The position numbers were made by a program, and so were the translations under genes. DNA of 64,000 nt. It comes from Azolla caroliniana (lineage: Eukaryota > Plantae > Polypodiophyta). The stretch is taken from the NCBI GenBank assembly GCA_043228905.1, contig JBHGNT010000014.1, forward strand, positions 6,510,001 to 6,574,000. The letters run 5' to 3'. Below, one piece after another: positions 11,082-24,198 of the stretch (its first letter is position 1; every line of letters starts with the position of its first letter). A model generated the notes under the pieces. That model was not told the origin of the DNA. It did no database searches and was given only the letters and a program-made list of their open reading frames with translations.

Positions 11082-13944
11082 GTGCCATGGCACGTCAGAC
11101 CCGTCCCTCTACTCATCGTTCAAAATGTCCAAGATGTTCGGCTCCGTCCGTACAGCCTGGTCCGGAAGCGGCCTGACGTTCATAGGTGCTTCATTGTTTT
11201 GCTCGACCGGCTCCTCCAATTGCATGTCGTCCACTTCACCACGTTCAGCCGGTGTGTGAGTTCCCATGTTGTCATCTGTACTCTGTGTGATCAGGTTCGG
11301 CTTAGTTGGTTTGATGTCTGGATCATTCCTTCGAGGTTCTGGCGTGGGCTCTTCAGTCTGTGGGCAAGTGGTCGGAGGGGTTCTTCCCTGTTTGTTTCTT
11401 CCGTAGTGTTGACAAGCGTAGTGGTCACATCCGGTGGGTTGTTCGAATTGGGCTGAGGTTCATCTTGTTCAGCGGAATCACTATCTGGTAACGTAATCGT
11501 CTCCGTCCTTTGTTGTTCATTGCCGATCTCCATTTGCCGGCAGAAAATATCTTCCTGATTTTCCCCAAAATCTTCCAATCACTTGTTGAGTTCTTCGAAG
11601 TGTTGGTCCGCTAGCGTGCGATAGTCCTGCGTGACGTCTTCGCGTACTGCTGCAATGCTTTCCTCATTGATCTTGTAGATTCCTTTGCCTTTTTTTTGTC
11701 GGTTCTCCCAATCCGCCCGGTAGGTGTGCAATTCTACTGCTTACGTTGCCCACGCCGTCCATCCTTTGTCCAATGCCGCTTTCAACTGTGCCATAAACCG
11801 CTTGCGATTTGTTTGAAGACTTGGACGCGTACATTGTTTGTTATTGATTGGGAGCGGGTTTGCGCTTCGTCTAGGGCTTTCTTGAGGTTTTTGATTTTAT
11901 GCTTATTGGTCATAGCCGTCTCCTCATAGAGCCTCTTCATCTTCGTCCATAATTGGGATTCTTTCAAGTGTAGTTCCTTGAGCCGGCCCATTTCATTGTT
12001 CAGGCAGACTTCTACCTGATGCTTCAGTTCCCATTCCCGCACAAAGTGCTCGTCCTACCATGCTTTCTTCCTTTCCAATAACTCTCAGAGTCCCGTGATA
12101 ACGGCTTTGTCTTTTGGGCTTCCTCATGCAGCTTCCTGTTTTCTTTTTTTGTGCGGGTATGCGCTGCTGTCTTAGCCTTGAGCTTATCGTCCAGTGCTTT
12201 CACCGCCCTTTGTCCTTTTGCCTGGACATCCTTTTCTCTGTCTGATGATTGGCGCAGTTCCGCGCAGAGGCGGTCAATCTCGGACTCGGCTAACTGCATA
12301 GCTCTTTTTGCTTTTGTGGTGATGGCGGTTTGTGCTTCGACCTCCTCCCGCAAAGTCGTCATTGTGTCATCGTTAAATGCCAATCCGGGGTTTTGCTGCG
12401 TTCTAATTTCGCAATGCGCTCTTGGGCCTTCTGTAGTTGGGTTTGAGTCAGCTTGACTGTTTTCAAGACATTCTTATTTTTGATAGCCATATCTTTCGCT
12501 CCCATACTGACTGTGGCCAACTCCCTATGTACTTCGTCGAGGGCCGTATTCAATGGGGGTAATTCAATGCCCATGCGGCGAATCCCTACGGTCCGTTGTC
12601 TGCCTATCTTGGTGAGGAGTCCCTCATCGTCGCTTTCCGCCGTTCTCGTCAGTGCACACTCAATCATTTGTTGTTCTGTGTGCTCCTCGGCCATTCTCTG
12701 GGACACCTTGATCTGTTTTATCGCCAAAAATTCCATGAGTTCGTAAGTCGTCCCAAACTGTAACAGTGGGCCGAACTCATGGACCGTATCCGGGATGTCT
12801 CGATACTTGAGGACTTCGCTTGCTGCTGTGAGCACTCCTTTGCCACGTTGTGACTGAGCCGTAATGATCGGTTGTGGTTCCCGGATTATCTCCAATGAAG
12901 TTATGTGCTCCATAGGGGCGGAAGTGTCGACTGGTGTGACTGTGTCTTTGACCAGTCCGCGGCCATCCTTCCGATCTAATCTTCGTCGTTTTGGCCCGGG
13001 GCTTTCATGGTTTTGTTCCGTTTCTTGCGTAGTCGTTGTTGTTGGTGCTTCGACCGGCCTTGCTGGTTTTTCCAACTGCAATGATTGCGCTACAGAGTAG
13101 GAAGGTTGTGGTCCTCTTCCCATTCCGTGGTTGCCAATTCCGATAACTATCGTTTCGTGGATCGTGGCGGAGGCGTAGGTTTACTAGGCGGTGGGGCGGG
13201 CAGACTGCGAGGCGGAAATAGTATTGTAAGGTACTAATGTATAATCGACCTTAGCCTTTTGCCAGCCTGGTATGCGTGCAGGCCCAGTCTTAGTGTTGGT
13301 CCCGTAATCACTCCCCAATCTACTGTGCGCCCTTCAAATGTATCAATGATAATGCCTGCCTTTTGTTTTGGCATCCCGTACGCGTTGACGTGCACGCAAC
13401 CGACCTTAAGTAGGAACTTGGCTATCTCCCGAAAGAATGGGTTCGGGATGTGTTTCCTTCTGTATGCCTTGGCTGATACAGAGTATTCCCCAAAATATTC
13501 TTCTAGAGTTTCTATAGGGGGGTTGTCGAAGTGTTTCTCCCCAATCGCAAATAGGTCCAATTTTTTCCGAATGGTGGTGTTTGTCATAGTGTCCATGTTG
13601 AGCTTCTTGGCAATGTTGAGAGCATCAGGGTGTGATGGTGCCTCTACGACCCTGATGTACCCCTCAAAACCGTTTTCCAGGAGCCATCTGTGTAAAGTTG
13701 CAGAGATGGGGACCGGCATCGTGGGTGGAAGAAGCTCATGTAGAATAGGTGAAGCTCTGAAACTACGGTGATCGTGGACTCTATGGTATGGTGGGGAGCG
13801 CGGAGGGCAAGCAGAGTTAGTCTGTTTTCTATAGTGTGCAAAAAACCTTCGTTTTCCCTCTTTTTGTGCTCTAGGGTTCATTGGCTTGTGTGACATCGTG
13901 GTGCTGCGTGTGCCTGATCTTGAAGTTTGTGCATGCATAAACAC
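11082..13944 (-). pseudogene. Element B extra ORF downstream of integrase (globular N-domain, Pro-rich linker, long coiled coil), frameshifted
   Basis: Consecutive minus-strand ORFs 13234-13944, 12359-13123, 12024-12383, 11782-12042 and 11291-11578; heptad-rich E/K/Q/L segments. Confidence 0.7.
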
Positions 13945-14036
13945 CTTTTAATAGTCTTGACTATCTTCTCTTTTTCTTTTTTCTTTTTCAACGGTATTAC
14001 TATTACATTTTATTACACGTGGGTTCTAGCTACTTA

Positions 14037-17000
14037 TTAGTGCAGGGACCTCTCTGTTGTGTTAGTTACGGCGTGAAACGGGTTCGGGGGCGTAGGTCCC
14101 AGATAAGGTTTTAATCGGAACCCATTCACTTTTTGCCGAAGTATAACTCCAACGAGGCTACCCAATTGGAAGGTGCCATTTTCCGCTCCAACTATGCAAT
14201 ACAACCCTGTCCAGCGGAACCGTAACTTATCTGGCATTTGACCCATGCGTGTTTGAAAGACCAATACGGCCTTCCCAACTGCAAATCATTTCTCCCGTAT
14301 GCCCCGATGTCGATCCACGAACACTTTACGCCGTCGCTACTCTTGCTCGAGTATGGCCATACTATGGACCCGAGCCTCGCCTAATTCGAGAAGTTGTTGT
14401 TGCCGTATTTGCTACGACTTGCCTTCTGACAATCGGTCTCGTACTTGAATTCTCAAACTGGGCATTACGGCTTCTAGCCCAATAGCTAGCTGGAAAGGTG
14501 TGGACTATATGCTAGTTTTGTAACTGGTCCGATATGCCCACAAGGCGCTGTGCAACTTGGTATCCCAGTCTATTCTATTCTCATTCACGATCTTTTCCAT
14601 TATGGTCTATAAGGTCTTGTTCGTGGACTCTGCTAACCCATTCGCCTGTGGCTACGAGAATGTATTTATTGCCGGTCCGCGACGTTGCCGGCATAAAGGT
14701 ACCGACAAAATCCACACCCCATTTATGGAATGGATCCAGCAGAAGAACCGGTTGGTGCAGCATCCGTGCAAGCTCCGGTTGCCCCAACCGTTGACATAGA
14801 TCACACTGCCTACATTATTGATACGCGTCGTTCTGCATGGTTGGCCACCGTAGACCTGCTTACCATATTTTTTGTGTCATAACAACGCCCGTGTAATGGC
14901 CCCCGGCCGTACCGCACTGAGCTTCGCGCAGAACGACTTCCTTTTCATCCTGGCATATCCTGTGTCGCCAAATCCCATCGTTGCCCTTGTGGTAAAGTAC
15001 TCCTTCGACCAGGATAAAGTTTAGACTATGGACAACCATGCGTTTCTTGGCAGTCCCATGGTTAGAAAGTACGTCATTTCCACCAGCCAACGATCCGGAA
15101 AATTCGTTTCTGCTTGTGATGCCATAGTCGCGGTCCTTAGAATGTCAGCGTCAGGAAAGTCATCATCGTCCCTCACCGCATTATAGCCATTATCCACTCT
15201 GCTTAAGAAATAAACTACGACATGCTTCGTGCCCGACCGATGATGAATTGTGAAATTGAAATCCTAGAGCAGCAACATCCATCTGGCCAGCTTCCCTGTT
15301 AGTGCTTGTTTCTCAACTAGATATAGTAACGCCGCGTGATCTACGTGAAACGTAAATCTACACCCTAGCAGATAATGCCGGAATTTGTTGATGCAATATA
15401 TCATCCCCAAGACTTCACACTTGGTCATGGAGTAGTTCCTCTCGGTAGTTGATAGTTTATGATTGGCGTAATAAACCGGTCTGTACCAACTCGGCTCTGT
15501 GAGTTGCATTAATGCGTTGCCTATTGCTATATCTGAGGCATCCACAAAGACATGAAAAGATTGAGTCCAATCTGGTGGTTGTACGACCGATGCTTGGGTT
15601 AACATTATCTTGAGTGCGTCGTAAACTTTCTCTTCTATTGTCGTCCACTTGAAGGGCGTTCGATGTACCACGATGTGTAATGGGATCGCAAACTCCGCCA
15701 AGTACCGTAACATGTGGCTATGCCATCGTATTTGACCCAGGATGCGGCTGAGGGCTTGGGCATTAGTCAGAGTCTTTGCTTCAATGATCGTCGTGATTTT
15801 GTTCGGATTCACCGTCCTTGCTTACGATGTGTCTAAGAAGTGCCCCACTAGTGACGCCAAATGCACATTTGGCCGGATTAAGGCAGAGGCGTGACGTACG
15901 ACAACGCTCCAAACAAACTCGGAGATGGCCCAAATGTTCGCCTTGAGTTCCATATACCGTGAAATTGTCGAGAAAGACTTGCATAAAGGCGGGTATGTTC
16001 TCCCCGAAAATCTCCGTAATAGTTCGCTGGAACGTGGCAAGCGCCGTCTTTAGCCCAAACATCATGACCACGGCGATGAAAACACCCCACTCCGTGACGA
16101 ACGCAGTCTTCTCCTGGTCGTTAGGGTGCATGCATACCTAATTGTATCCACTAAAACCATCTAGAAAACTATACATGTCATGGCCCGCGACCACGTCTAG
16201 TACGCTATCGGTGAAGGGTAAGGGGAACACATCCGTTATCATTACGGCGTTAAGCTTACGATAATCCACGCAAACGCGGATTTTACCATTTTTCTTTGGT
16301 ACCACAACTATCGAGCTTAGCCATGTGGCCTGCTTCACCGGCCGGATAAACCCTGCTTTTAGAAGTTTGTCAATCTCTTCTTTTACATGAACCGCATAAT
16401 TCAAGTTCATCCGATAGCGACGTTGTTGCATTGGCGGTGCCCCTTATGTGATTCTCCACGACCTGCCGGAATCGTGGCACTAGTCGGAGAAGCTTTTCCA
16501 TGGTCATTGTTATCTCACAGTCTGCCAATGCTTGCCATATGGGATCTAGTGAGGATGTATTTTCTTTCATTGGCAAACTGTCGTTTACGAACTCGTGCTT
16601 CATACGCTCCGCATTTACCACATTTGCTTTTTATATCCAGGCCTAGGCTGCCTTGCGTATCTCATCTCATTCTGCCCAGTCTGCATTTTTCGCTTGTTGT
16701 CGTGGTGTGACTTGTTGGACTTCTGTCGTGATGGTATTCACGGTTGCCTCCTTTCCTTTTCGATGTGGGCACTACATCGTGTAATGACCGGGTTGTTAAC
16801 ACACGAAACAGAGTGCGCTGGACTCACCTCTTTCCATTTTTGGAGGTGTATTAGTTTCCATCGGTACTGCTTGTTCATCCCGGTTATGCTGGAGTCGCTT
16901 GTTATTCCGGGGTTGTTGAGTCACCTGTTATTTCGGGGTTGTTGACGGTATTCTTCTCATGGCTCTTGAACGGTCGTCATCTAAACTTTCGTCATAACAA

Positions 17001-17503
17001 CGTTGGTCCTTATGTTGTCAATTGTGTCTGTTTCGACGGCCCCTGTTGAATCCTCGGCGAAATCGATGTTCCTCGTCCTGAGGCAACGCCTGCCGTAGCG
17101 ATGCCATGGACAGGCCCTCATCTTCTTCCCCTAATTCGAGCTGTAATGCTCGCTCGATGACCATGTCAGTTGTCTCCCCTTTCACACTGTGCATGTTCAG
17201 CGTCGTCCGGAGAGGCCATCTAAGAGCTGCCAAGAACGTTTCCTTCACCTCTTCGTCTGTTGGGGCCCATGTAAGGTTCCGTCGTAGGCTCTAGAAATGT
17301 AGACTGAAATCCGCTATGGATTCTGTGGGAAGTTGCTTGATGGTATAGAACTGCCCAATTATTTCACGTTGTGGCATCCTCCAATGAAAAAAACGCAATT
17401 GTGGCACCCTCCGTTTAAACAAAGCATCTATTTCTCCGTTGAAGTGGGGGTATAAGAAAGCCATTCTGGATGTTGTGGTGACAATCGGTAGGGGAACGAA
17501 CAC
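14037..17503 (-). pseudogene. Element B gag-pol remnant
   Basis: RT (FLDGFSGYN, 15781-16431), RNase H (VDASD, 15264-15812) and integrase (14037-15090). Gag end joins the pre-RT region directly at ~16440, lacking the protease seen in element A. Confidence 0.9.
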
Positions 17504-17786
17504 TCCTGTTTTCTCGATGTGGACTATTGTGGCGTTTAATCACACTACCTTGGTCGTGTGGCGACAGGGTTTCGTGGTCGACGTCATGCTATTCTGTGAG
17601 CATGGAGTCTACTGTGTACTCCTGAAAGGAGTAGTCGTGGTCGCTAAGGCGAGGTTTTCGCTTCGCGCGCTCTTCTATCTAGCAAGTGATAAACCTTGTC
17701 AGTGGTCGATCTTGTCGGGTCAGTTCTCTAACCCGTCTACGGCTAGTCATCCATACCTTGCTGCTCGTCTGTGTTGAACCACAAAT

Positions 17787-17801
17787 CCACCAAGCGTGCC
17801 A
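17787..17801 (-). promoter_or_regulatory. Element B canonical PBS TGGCACGCTTGGTGG (tRNA-Arg-like)
   Basis: 4 nt inside the 5' LTR, upstream of gag. Confidence 0.75.
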
Positions 17802-18179
17802 AAAGTGTTACCGATTAGGAACACTGTCTACTCTCAGTCCTTCGAGGTAGACTTCAAGGTGATTGTGGTGCAAGAAATAGATTCGTAGGTGTTATGATAT
17901 GGCAAGACTCGACCCCATGACCTTATACTACATGGGTCGAGCTCTTACCATTAGACTATGTATTGTAATACAAAAAATATTATTTTCATTTAAGTTTTAT
18001 TATAGGAAATTGATGTATATTCTCGAGTTCTTTGGAACATTCTAGAAACTTCAGGAGTACTGCTGACAACACTATAAAAAGAGGCACAAGGCATTATTTT
18101 GAACCAAATCGGTTCAACGTCAGTCTTTAGCCTCATAGCCCTTTGTACTTACTTTTCCTATAATATATAATTTGTTATC

Positions 18180-18183
<4 letters not shown>

Positions 18184-18264
<81 letters not shown>
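18184..18264. repeat. (CT)n microsatellite in element D 5' LTR
   Basis: ~40 CT units; much shorter and interrupted in the 3' LTR. Confidence 0.95.
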
Positions 18265-18270
<6 letters not shown>

Positions 18271-18419
18271 CTCTCTTCCTCTCTCGGGAGTCTTACGCAG
18301 TCCCGTCCTCTTAGTACTAATTCTCTCTCTGTTTTAGTACTATTCCTGACAATTTGAACTGACTTTTTCTTCTGTCTCCCTCCCTTCATACTAACCTCTT
18401 ATACCTCTTTTCTTTCATC

Positions 18420-21400
18420 AACAATTTTGAAGAGTTTATAGGTGAGTTCAAGGCATGTTTTGGAGATACTGACAGTAGAAGGACCGCAATCAACAAAATC
18501 TGGCGATTACGACAAGGTGACTGTCTAGCCTCCGCATACGCTGCAAATTTCCGCCTAGTTGTCGCCGATATCCCTTGGGATGATCAAGCGTTGATGGAGC
18601 AATTTCGTTATGGTTTACGCAACGATGTCAAGGATTTACTCGTGACCTTCCCCAAAGAGCCAAAGTCCTTAATAGAAGCAATCAGTCGCACGGTGAGATG
18701 TGACAACTGGCTCTTTGAGCGACGTTCGGAACGACAACTACAGATGCCGAGGGCAAGATCAGAGCCCACCTACGCCTCAGTGGTAGCAAAACCTTTTCTG
18801 AGGGAGTCATATAATGCGCCTCCAGTGAATACTCCGACTCCGATGGAGATTGACACTACATGTCATCGAGGGCCATTATCCGAAGAAGAAAAGCAGCGAC
18901 ATTGAGCAAATCGACTATGTCTTTATTGCGGTGGACCAGGGCATATTGCAATAAATTGTCCCCATAGGCCAAGGAGACAGGTAAACCAAATAGTTGCTAG
19001 TACTAATTGTACTAAACTCGAGTCTGTTTCAGTAGGGATATCTGATAGTCCTCATAGTCCTAATAGTACCAATAGCCCAAATCTAGCAAACAAATTTGAT
19101 GTCCTTAGTCAATTAGAAGAAGAGTTAAACGACTAAGTCCAGCCAAAATAGGAGCCGTTTGGTTGGACAGCCCTAGATCTGTGCAGCCCATTAGTGGTTC
19201 TATTCCCTCTAAGCAAGTTAGCAATGTGTTCATAGCCCAAGTAGCAGTTAGTACTAAAAGTACCCCTCCAGTACATGTCCTAGCACTTCTAGATTCCGGA
19301 GCTAATTCTTGCTTCATGGATAGGAAATTTGCCCAAGCTCATCAAATATCTCTCAGAAAACTCCCGTGTCCTACCTCTGTAGTAGTCATTGATGGTCGTC
19401 CCATTGCTTCTGGAAATATCATAGAAGAGTCAGAGCCCATTAATATTGTCCTAGATAATCTAGCATGTGACGTATCATTTAATATAATTAGCATCCCAGA
19501 ACACCCCATTGTCTTAGGATTACCATGGTTCGAATTACATAACCCAGACATAGATTGGCGGACAAGAGAAATCCAACATCGAAAAGCCCGAGGGTCTACT
19601 CATGAGATTGCAACGATTTCACTACATCAGTTGCGTGAGGAAGGATGCAAGGAAGAAATGTTCCTCTTCGCAATATCAGTAAAACCCTCCAACACCACTA
19701 AAGAGGAATCCACCATTCAACTTCCAGAGAAGTATGATCATTATGCCGATGTGTTTGATAAAGTACAAGCCAATACGCTTCCTCACCATCGACCATATGA
19801 TTGCCCCATCGATTTACAACCTGGGAAAGAGCCACCATGGGGACTAATCTACAATCTGTTACCAACCGAACTGGAAGTCCTTCGAGCCTATATAGAGGAG
19901 AATTTGGAGAATGGTTTCATACGACATTCGAAATCTCCAGCCGGCGCACCCATTTTCTTCGTCAAGAAAAAGGATGGCTCACTTCATCTCGTTGTAGATT
20001 ATCGTGGCTTGAATAAGGTTACAATCCGAAATAGGTATGCACTTCCCCTTTTCTCAAGACTTTTAGAACGGATCAATGGTGCCAGGTTCTTCACGAATAT
20101 CGACTTACGGGGAAGCCTATAACCTCGTACGGATCCGACCAGGAGATGAATGGAAGACCGCGTTCCGCACCAGATATGGGCACTTCAAGTATACGATCAT
20201 TCCGTTCGGCCTCACTAATGCGCCAACAGTCTTCCAGCACATGGCAAATGATATTTTCCGAGATCTCTTGGATGTGTGTCTAATCATCTATTTGGATGAT
20301 CTACTGGTTTACTCAAAGACCCAAGAAGAGCATGATTCTCATGTACTATTAGTACTAAAACGACTTCGAGAACATGGTCTTTATGCGAAGCTGGAAAAAT
20401 GTAGTTTCGGCTGCAACCAAGTGGAATTTCTCGGCTATGTGATTTCCTCAGATGGCATCTCCATGGACCCAGCTAAGGTCAAAACGGTGGTAGAATGGCA
20501 GACTCTGCATTCGGTGCGGGATGTGCAATGCTTTCTAGGCTTTGCCAATTTTTACCGGAAGTTTATAAAGGATTACTCAAAGCTCGGTTTGCCTCTTACA
20601 CAACTTACTAGGAAGGGACAATCGTTCGTTTAGTCTGAAGAAGCGGACATGGCTTTTGAGAATCTTAAAAAGGCATTTACATCGGCTCCGATTCTAGCTC
20701 ACATTGATCCAGAAAAACCATTCATCATCGAAGCGGACGCATCGGATTTTGCATTGGGGAACATTCTATCACAACGAGGTAATGATGAAAAGCTACATCC
20801 TGTGGCTTTTCACTCACACAAGTTTGACGCCGCCGAAATCAACTACGAAATTCATGATAAAGAGCTATTGGCTATAGTGGACTCTTTTATGCAATGGAGG
20901 CATTTTCTAGAGGGATCTTCTCATCAAGTCACTGTATTCAATGACCACAAAAACCTCGCCTATTTTCAAGACGCTCGTGTGTTAAATCGACGTCAAGCTC
21001 GGTGGGCCCATTTTCTCACGCATTTCGACTTCAAGATTACATATCGACCTAGGAAGCACCAAGGGAAAGTAGATGCATTATCACAGCGTTCGTACCTAGC
21101 ATCGCGTCCCGGCGAGCCAGCTTTCGACAACCAAAAGCAAGTAATCTTGGGACCGGCAGGCACGATTGCAAGCAACACAGGTCTTTGGCATGCCCATGGA
21201 TTCCCACGTTATCAATATCATACATGCAAACCTGAAGACAGATGCTTTCGCCCAAGCTATACTAGCACAAATTGATCCCTCTCGAGCGTCGTGTTCACAG
21301 TATCAACCACCAGGTATGGACTATCGGCAATTCAAATACCATGATGGATTACTCTTCTTTAAAGAATTTTTGTGTGTTCCTAATGGTTCTTGCCGCCTTC

Positions 21401-22716
21401 GAGTAGTACAAAATTGTCATGACACATATACAGTTGGGCATTTTGGTAGTACTAAAACATTAGATTTAGTACAAAGATCATTCTGGTGGCCCCATATGCA
21501 ACAATTTGTCGAAGATTTTGTTCGGACTTGTGATACATGCTACAGAGCGAAAATGCAAAGGCATCATCCATATGGTTTATTAGAACCATTACCAATTCCA
21601 AGCAAGTCGTGGCAATCCATTGCTCTAGACTTCATCACAGATCTTCCAATCTCTAAGGGGTTCAATGCGATTCTAACAATGGTAGATCGATATACGAAGA
21701 TGGCTCATTTCTTTCCATGTACTAAGGAAATCTCCAATGAAGACACCGCTGAAATTGTCATGCGTGAAGTATGTCGGCATCATGGACTTCCCGATAGTAT
21801 CATCAGTGATCATGAACCCCAATTCGTGTCAAAATTCTGGAAGCACGTTTTTAAAATGCTCAAGGTCACTTGTAACCTCTTCTCCGACTACCACCCACAA
21901 ACCGACGGCCAAGCCAAACGAACAAATCAAACGCTGGAGGAGTATCTGTGGTGCTTTCTCAGCTATCATCAGGATGACTGGGCAAATATCCTCCACTTCG
22001 CCGAATTTGCCTATAATAACTCTATGCATGCATCGACTAAAGTTATGCCATTTTATGCTTATACGGGATGTCACCCCCGGTGGTGTGTACTTGAAACCCC
22101 AGAGGTGTCCACAAATCCTTGCACGGAGGATCGATTGGAGCAGTTATGCAAGATACAAGCGGATTTATCTACTCATCTCCAGCAAGCTCAACAAACGCAC
22201 AAGGTCTACGCGGATCGTCATCGACTTCCATCTAGTTTTAACATTGGAGATCGGGTGTGGCTGCTACGACGACACATCAAGACTACTCGCCCATGTGAGA
22301 AGTTGGATTATCGGCGATTAGGTCCTTTCTGTATTATCAAAAAGATTAATGATGTCGCTTTTCGTCTTGATCTACCTCCGCAACTTCGGATGCATTCGGT
22401 GTTTCATAGTTCTCTCCTCGAACCCTATCACGAGAGCACCATCTCAGGACGTATTATACACCCTCCACTCCCGATCAAGCTTGAAGATGGACCGGAGTAC
22501 GAGGTTGCCGCCATCCTTGATTCCAAGATTGTTCGCAACAAGCTCTACTATCTAGTCGATTGGCTAGGATATAGTCCTAGCGAACGTACTTGAGAACCGA
22601 TCGAGAATTTGACCAATACTCGTGCTCTTCTTGAATATTTCCATTGTCAATATCCACACAAAGCAGGTCCTCAATCCAAAATGACTCGTGACACTCGTCG
22701 TTTTAAAAGGAGTATA
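18420..22716 (+). pseudogene. Element D gag-pol with chromodomain, disrupted
   Basis: ORFs 18591-18905, 19163-20122, 20076-20633, 20649-21275 and 21166-22593. Confidence 0.93.
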
Positions 22717-23549
22717 GTTTCATGATGTGGCAAGACTTGAACCCATGACCTTACGCTACATGGGTCGAGCTCTTACTATTAGACTATGTATTGTAATACA
22801 AAAGATATTATTTTCATTTAAGTTTTATTATAGGAAATTGATGTATATTCTAGAGTTCTTTGGAACATTCTAGAAACTTAAGGAGTACTACTGACAACAC
22901 TATAAAAGGAGGCACAAGGCATTATTTCAAACCAAATCGGTTCAACGCCAGTCTTTAGCCTCATAGCCCTTTGTACTTACTTTTCCTATAATATATAATC
23001 TGTTATCATTATCTCTCTCTCTCTCTCGTCCTCGCTATCTCTCTCTCTCTCCTCTTCTTTCTCGAGAGCCTTACGCAGTCCCGTCCTCTTAGTACTAATA
23101 GTACTACCCTTCTCTAGTACTAATTCTCTCTCTGTTTTAGTACTATTCCTGACAATAGGTGCGCGAAGCGTAACAGTCTTACAAAGCAAAGTGTATCGTC
23201 TGGATGTGAAGGGAGATGGCTACAACCGAATCTCACCAGTGCATGATCTTATATACACACTTAACCTACGGTTACTAGCCCACAGTTACCAACAAAGTAC
23301 TACACCGAATCAGAAGACGACTTACAAAGACACGGGAATCAGAGAAGATAGTATTGTATTACAAAATGTAGCTCCCTCAAATACATGCTAGCTCTTTATA
23401 GAGGATTTCCGCCCTTTATATACACATGGCTTTTAGTCCGTTACACTCCTAGTGTGAACCGTTACATGCGTTTCTTTAACGCGTCTAATAATATATTCTA
23501 CTCGTCTAAGCGTTAGGTCCAGTGGACAACACCAACAGACAACACCAAG

Positions 23550-24198
23550 TTCTGTTATAAAGCGGGCACTTACCCATGAACAACTAAATGCAGATGGTGT
23601 GCAGATGAATTGTGCAGCACATGTAGTTCAATTTTTAAGAGCTAATATGTCAACGAGTGCAATTGGTGTTTATTCCTCGCAGGTCCAAGATATCAAACGT
23701 GAATTTTGGGAAGTGAAGATAGATTATGTAAATAGGGAGAAGACTTGGGAGTGCCAAGGAATTTCCGAATTGCGATCTCTCCATGTTCTTCGCAATTATT
23801 CTAGGTTGGATGGTCATTGTATTGCGGTCAAAGAATTAACTTGTCTTTGCTTCCATTGTGTGCAGGGAAATTGGAGGTATTGTTTAAACAAAGCATATAT
23901 TCCAAATTGGGAGTATCATACATTGAACGATAAGGAAGCAGTTGATTGAGAAACAAAAAAGAAAGTTGACTTCACATATCAAGGACGTAAAGATACTCTA
24001 AGTGATGTCTTAAATGTTGGGGATAATTTCACTGTAAATGCAGAAAAAGGCGATTTAGAGGGTGCTAATTTCTATATATTGAAGTGCATGGTTAGTAAAC
24101 AGTGTGCAACGCAGAATATATTAGATGCTTGGGGAAATGTTGTATCTACTGGGACATTCTACATCGAAGGTAAATTTTATGCAAGACTAAATGATTAT
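23550..24198 (+). pseudogene. Sola2-like transposase, continuation after element B
   Basis: Rejoins in frame as ...GHGKGERDGAG-SVIKRALTHEQL...; includes ORF 23599-23949 (LTCLCFHCVQGNWRYC); cut by element G. Confidence 0.82.

Larger units (their letters stand above)
17890..23154 (+). mobile_element. Element D: Tcn1-like chromovirus (Ty3/gypsy) inserted in the element B 5' LTR
   Basis: LTRs 17890-18351 and 22718-23154; TSD GTAGG/ATAGG; PPT 22705-22717. Gag (5'-deleted, CCHC), PR LLDSGA, RT YLDD, RH, INT and chromodomain EYEVAAILDSK...YLVDWLGY. Confidence 0.95.
10647..23544 (-). mobile_element. Element B: non-chromovirus Ty3/gypsy LTR retrotransposon with extra 3' ORF; protease region deleted; 5' LTR interrupted by element D
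   Basis: LTRs 10647-11061 and 17806-17889 + 23160-23531. Degenerate TSD GCAGG/CCAAG with a 13-bp local duplication at the right junction. Minus-strand gag (17503-16440), RT-RH-INT (16431-14037) and extra ORF (13944-11082). Confidence 0.9.

Noticed and set aside
18120-18389. ORFs with (ER)n or (LS)n runs (also 48329-48565 and 40495-40784)
   Set aside because: Translations of CT or TA/TG microsatellites.
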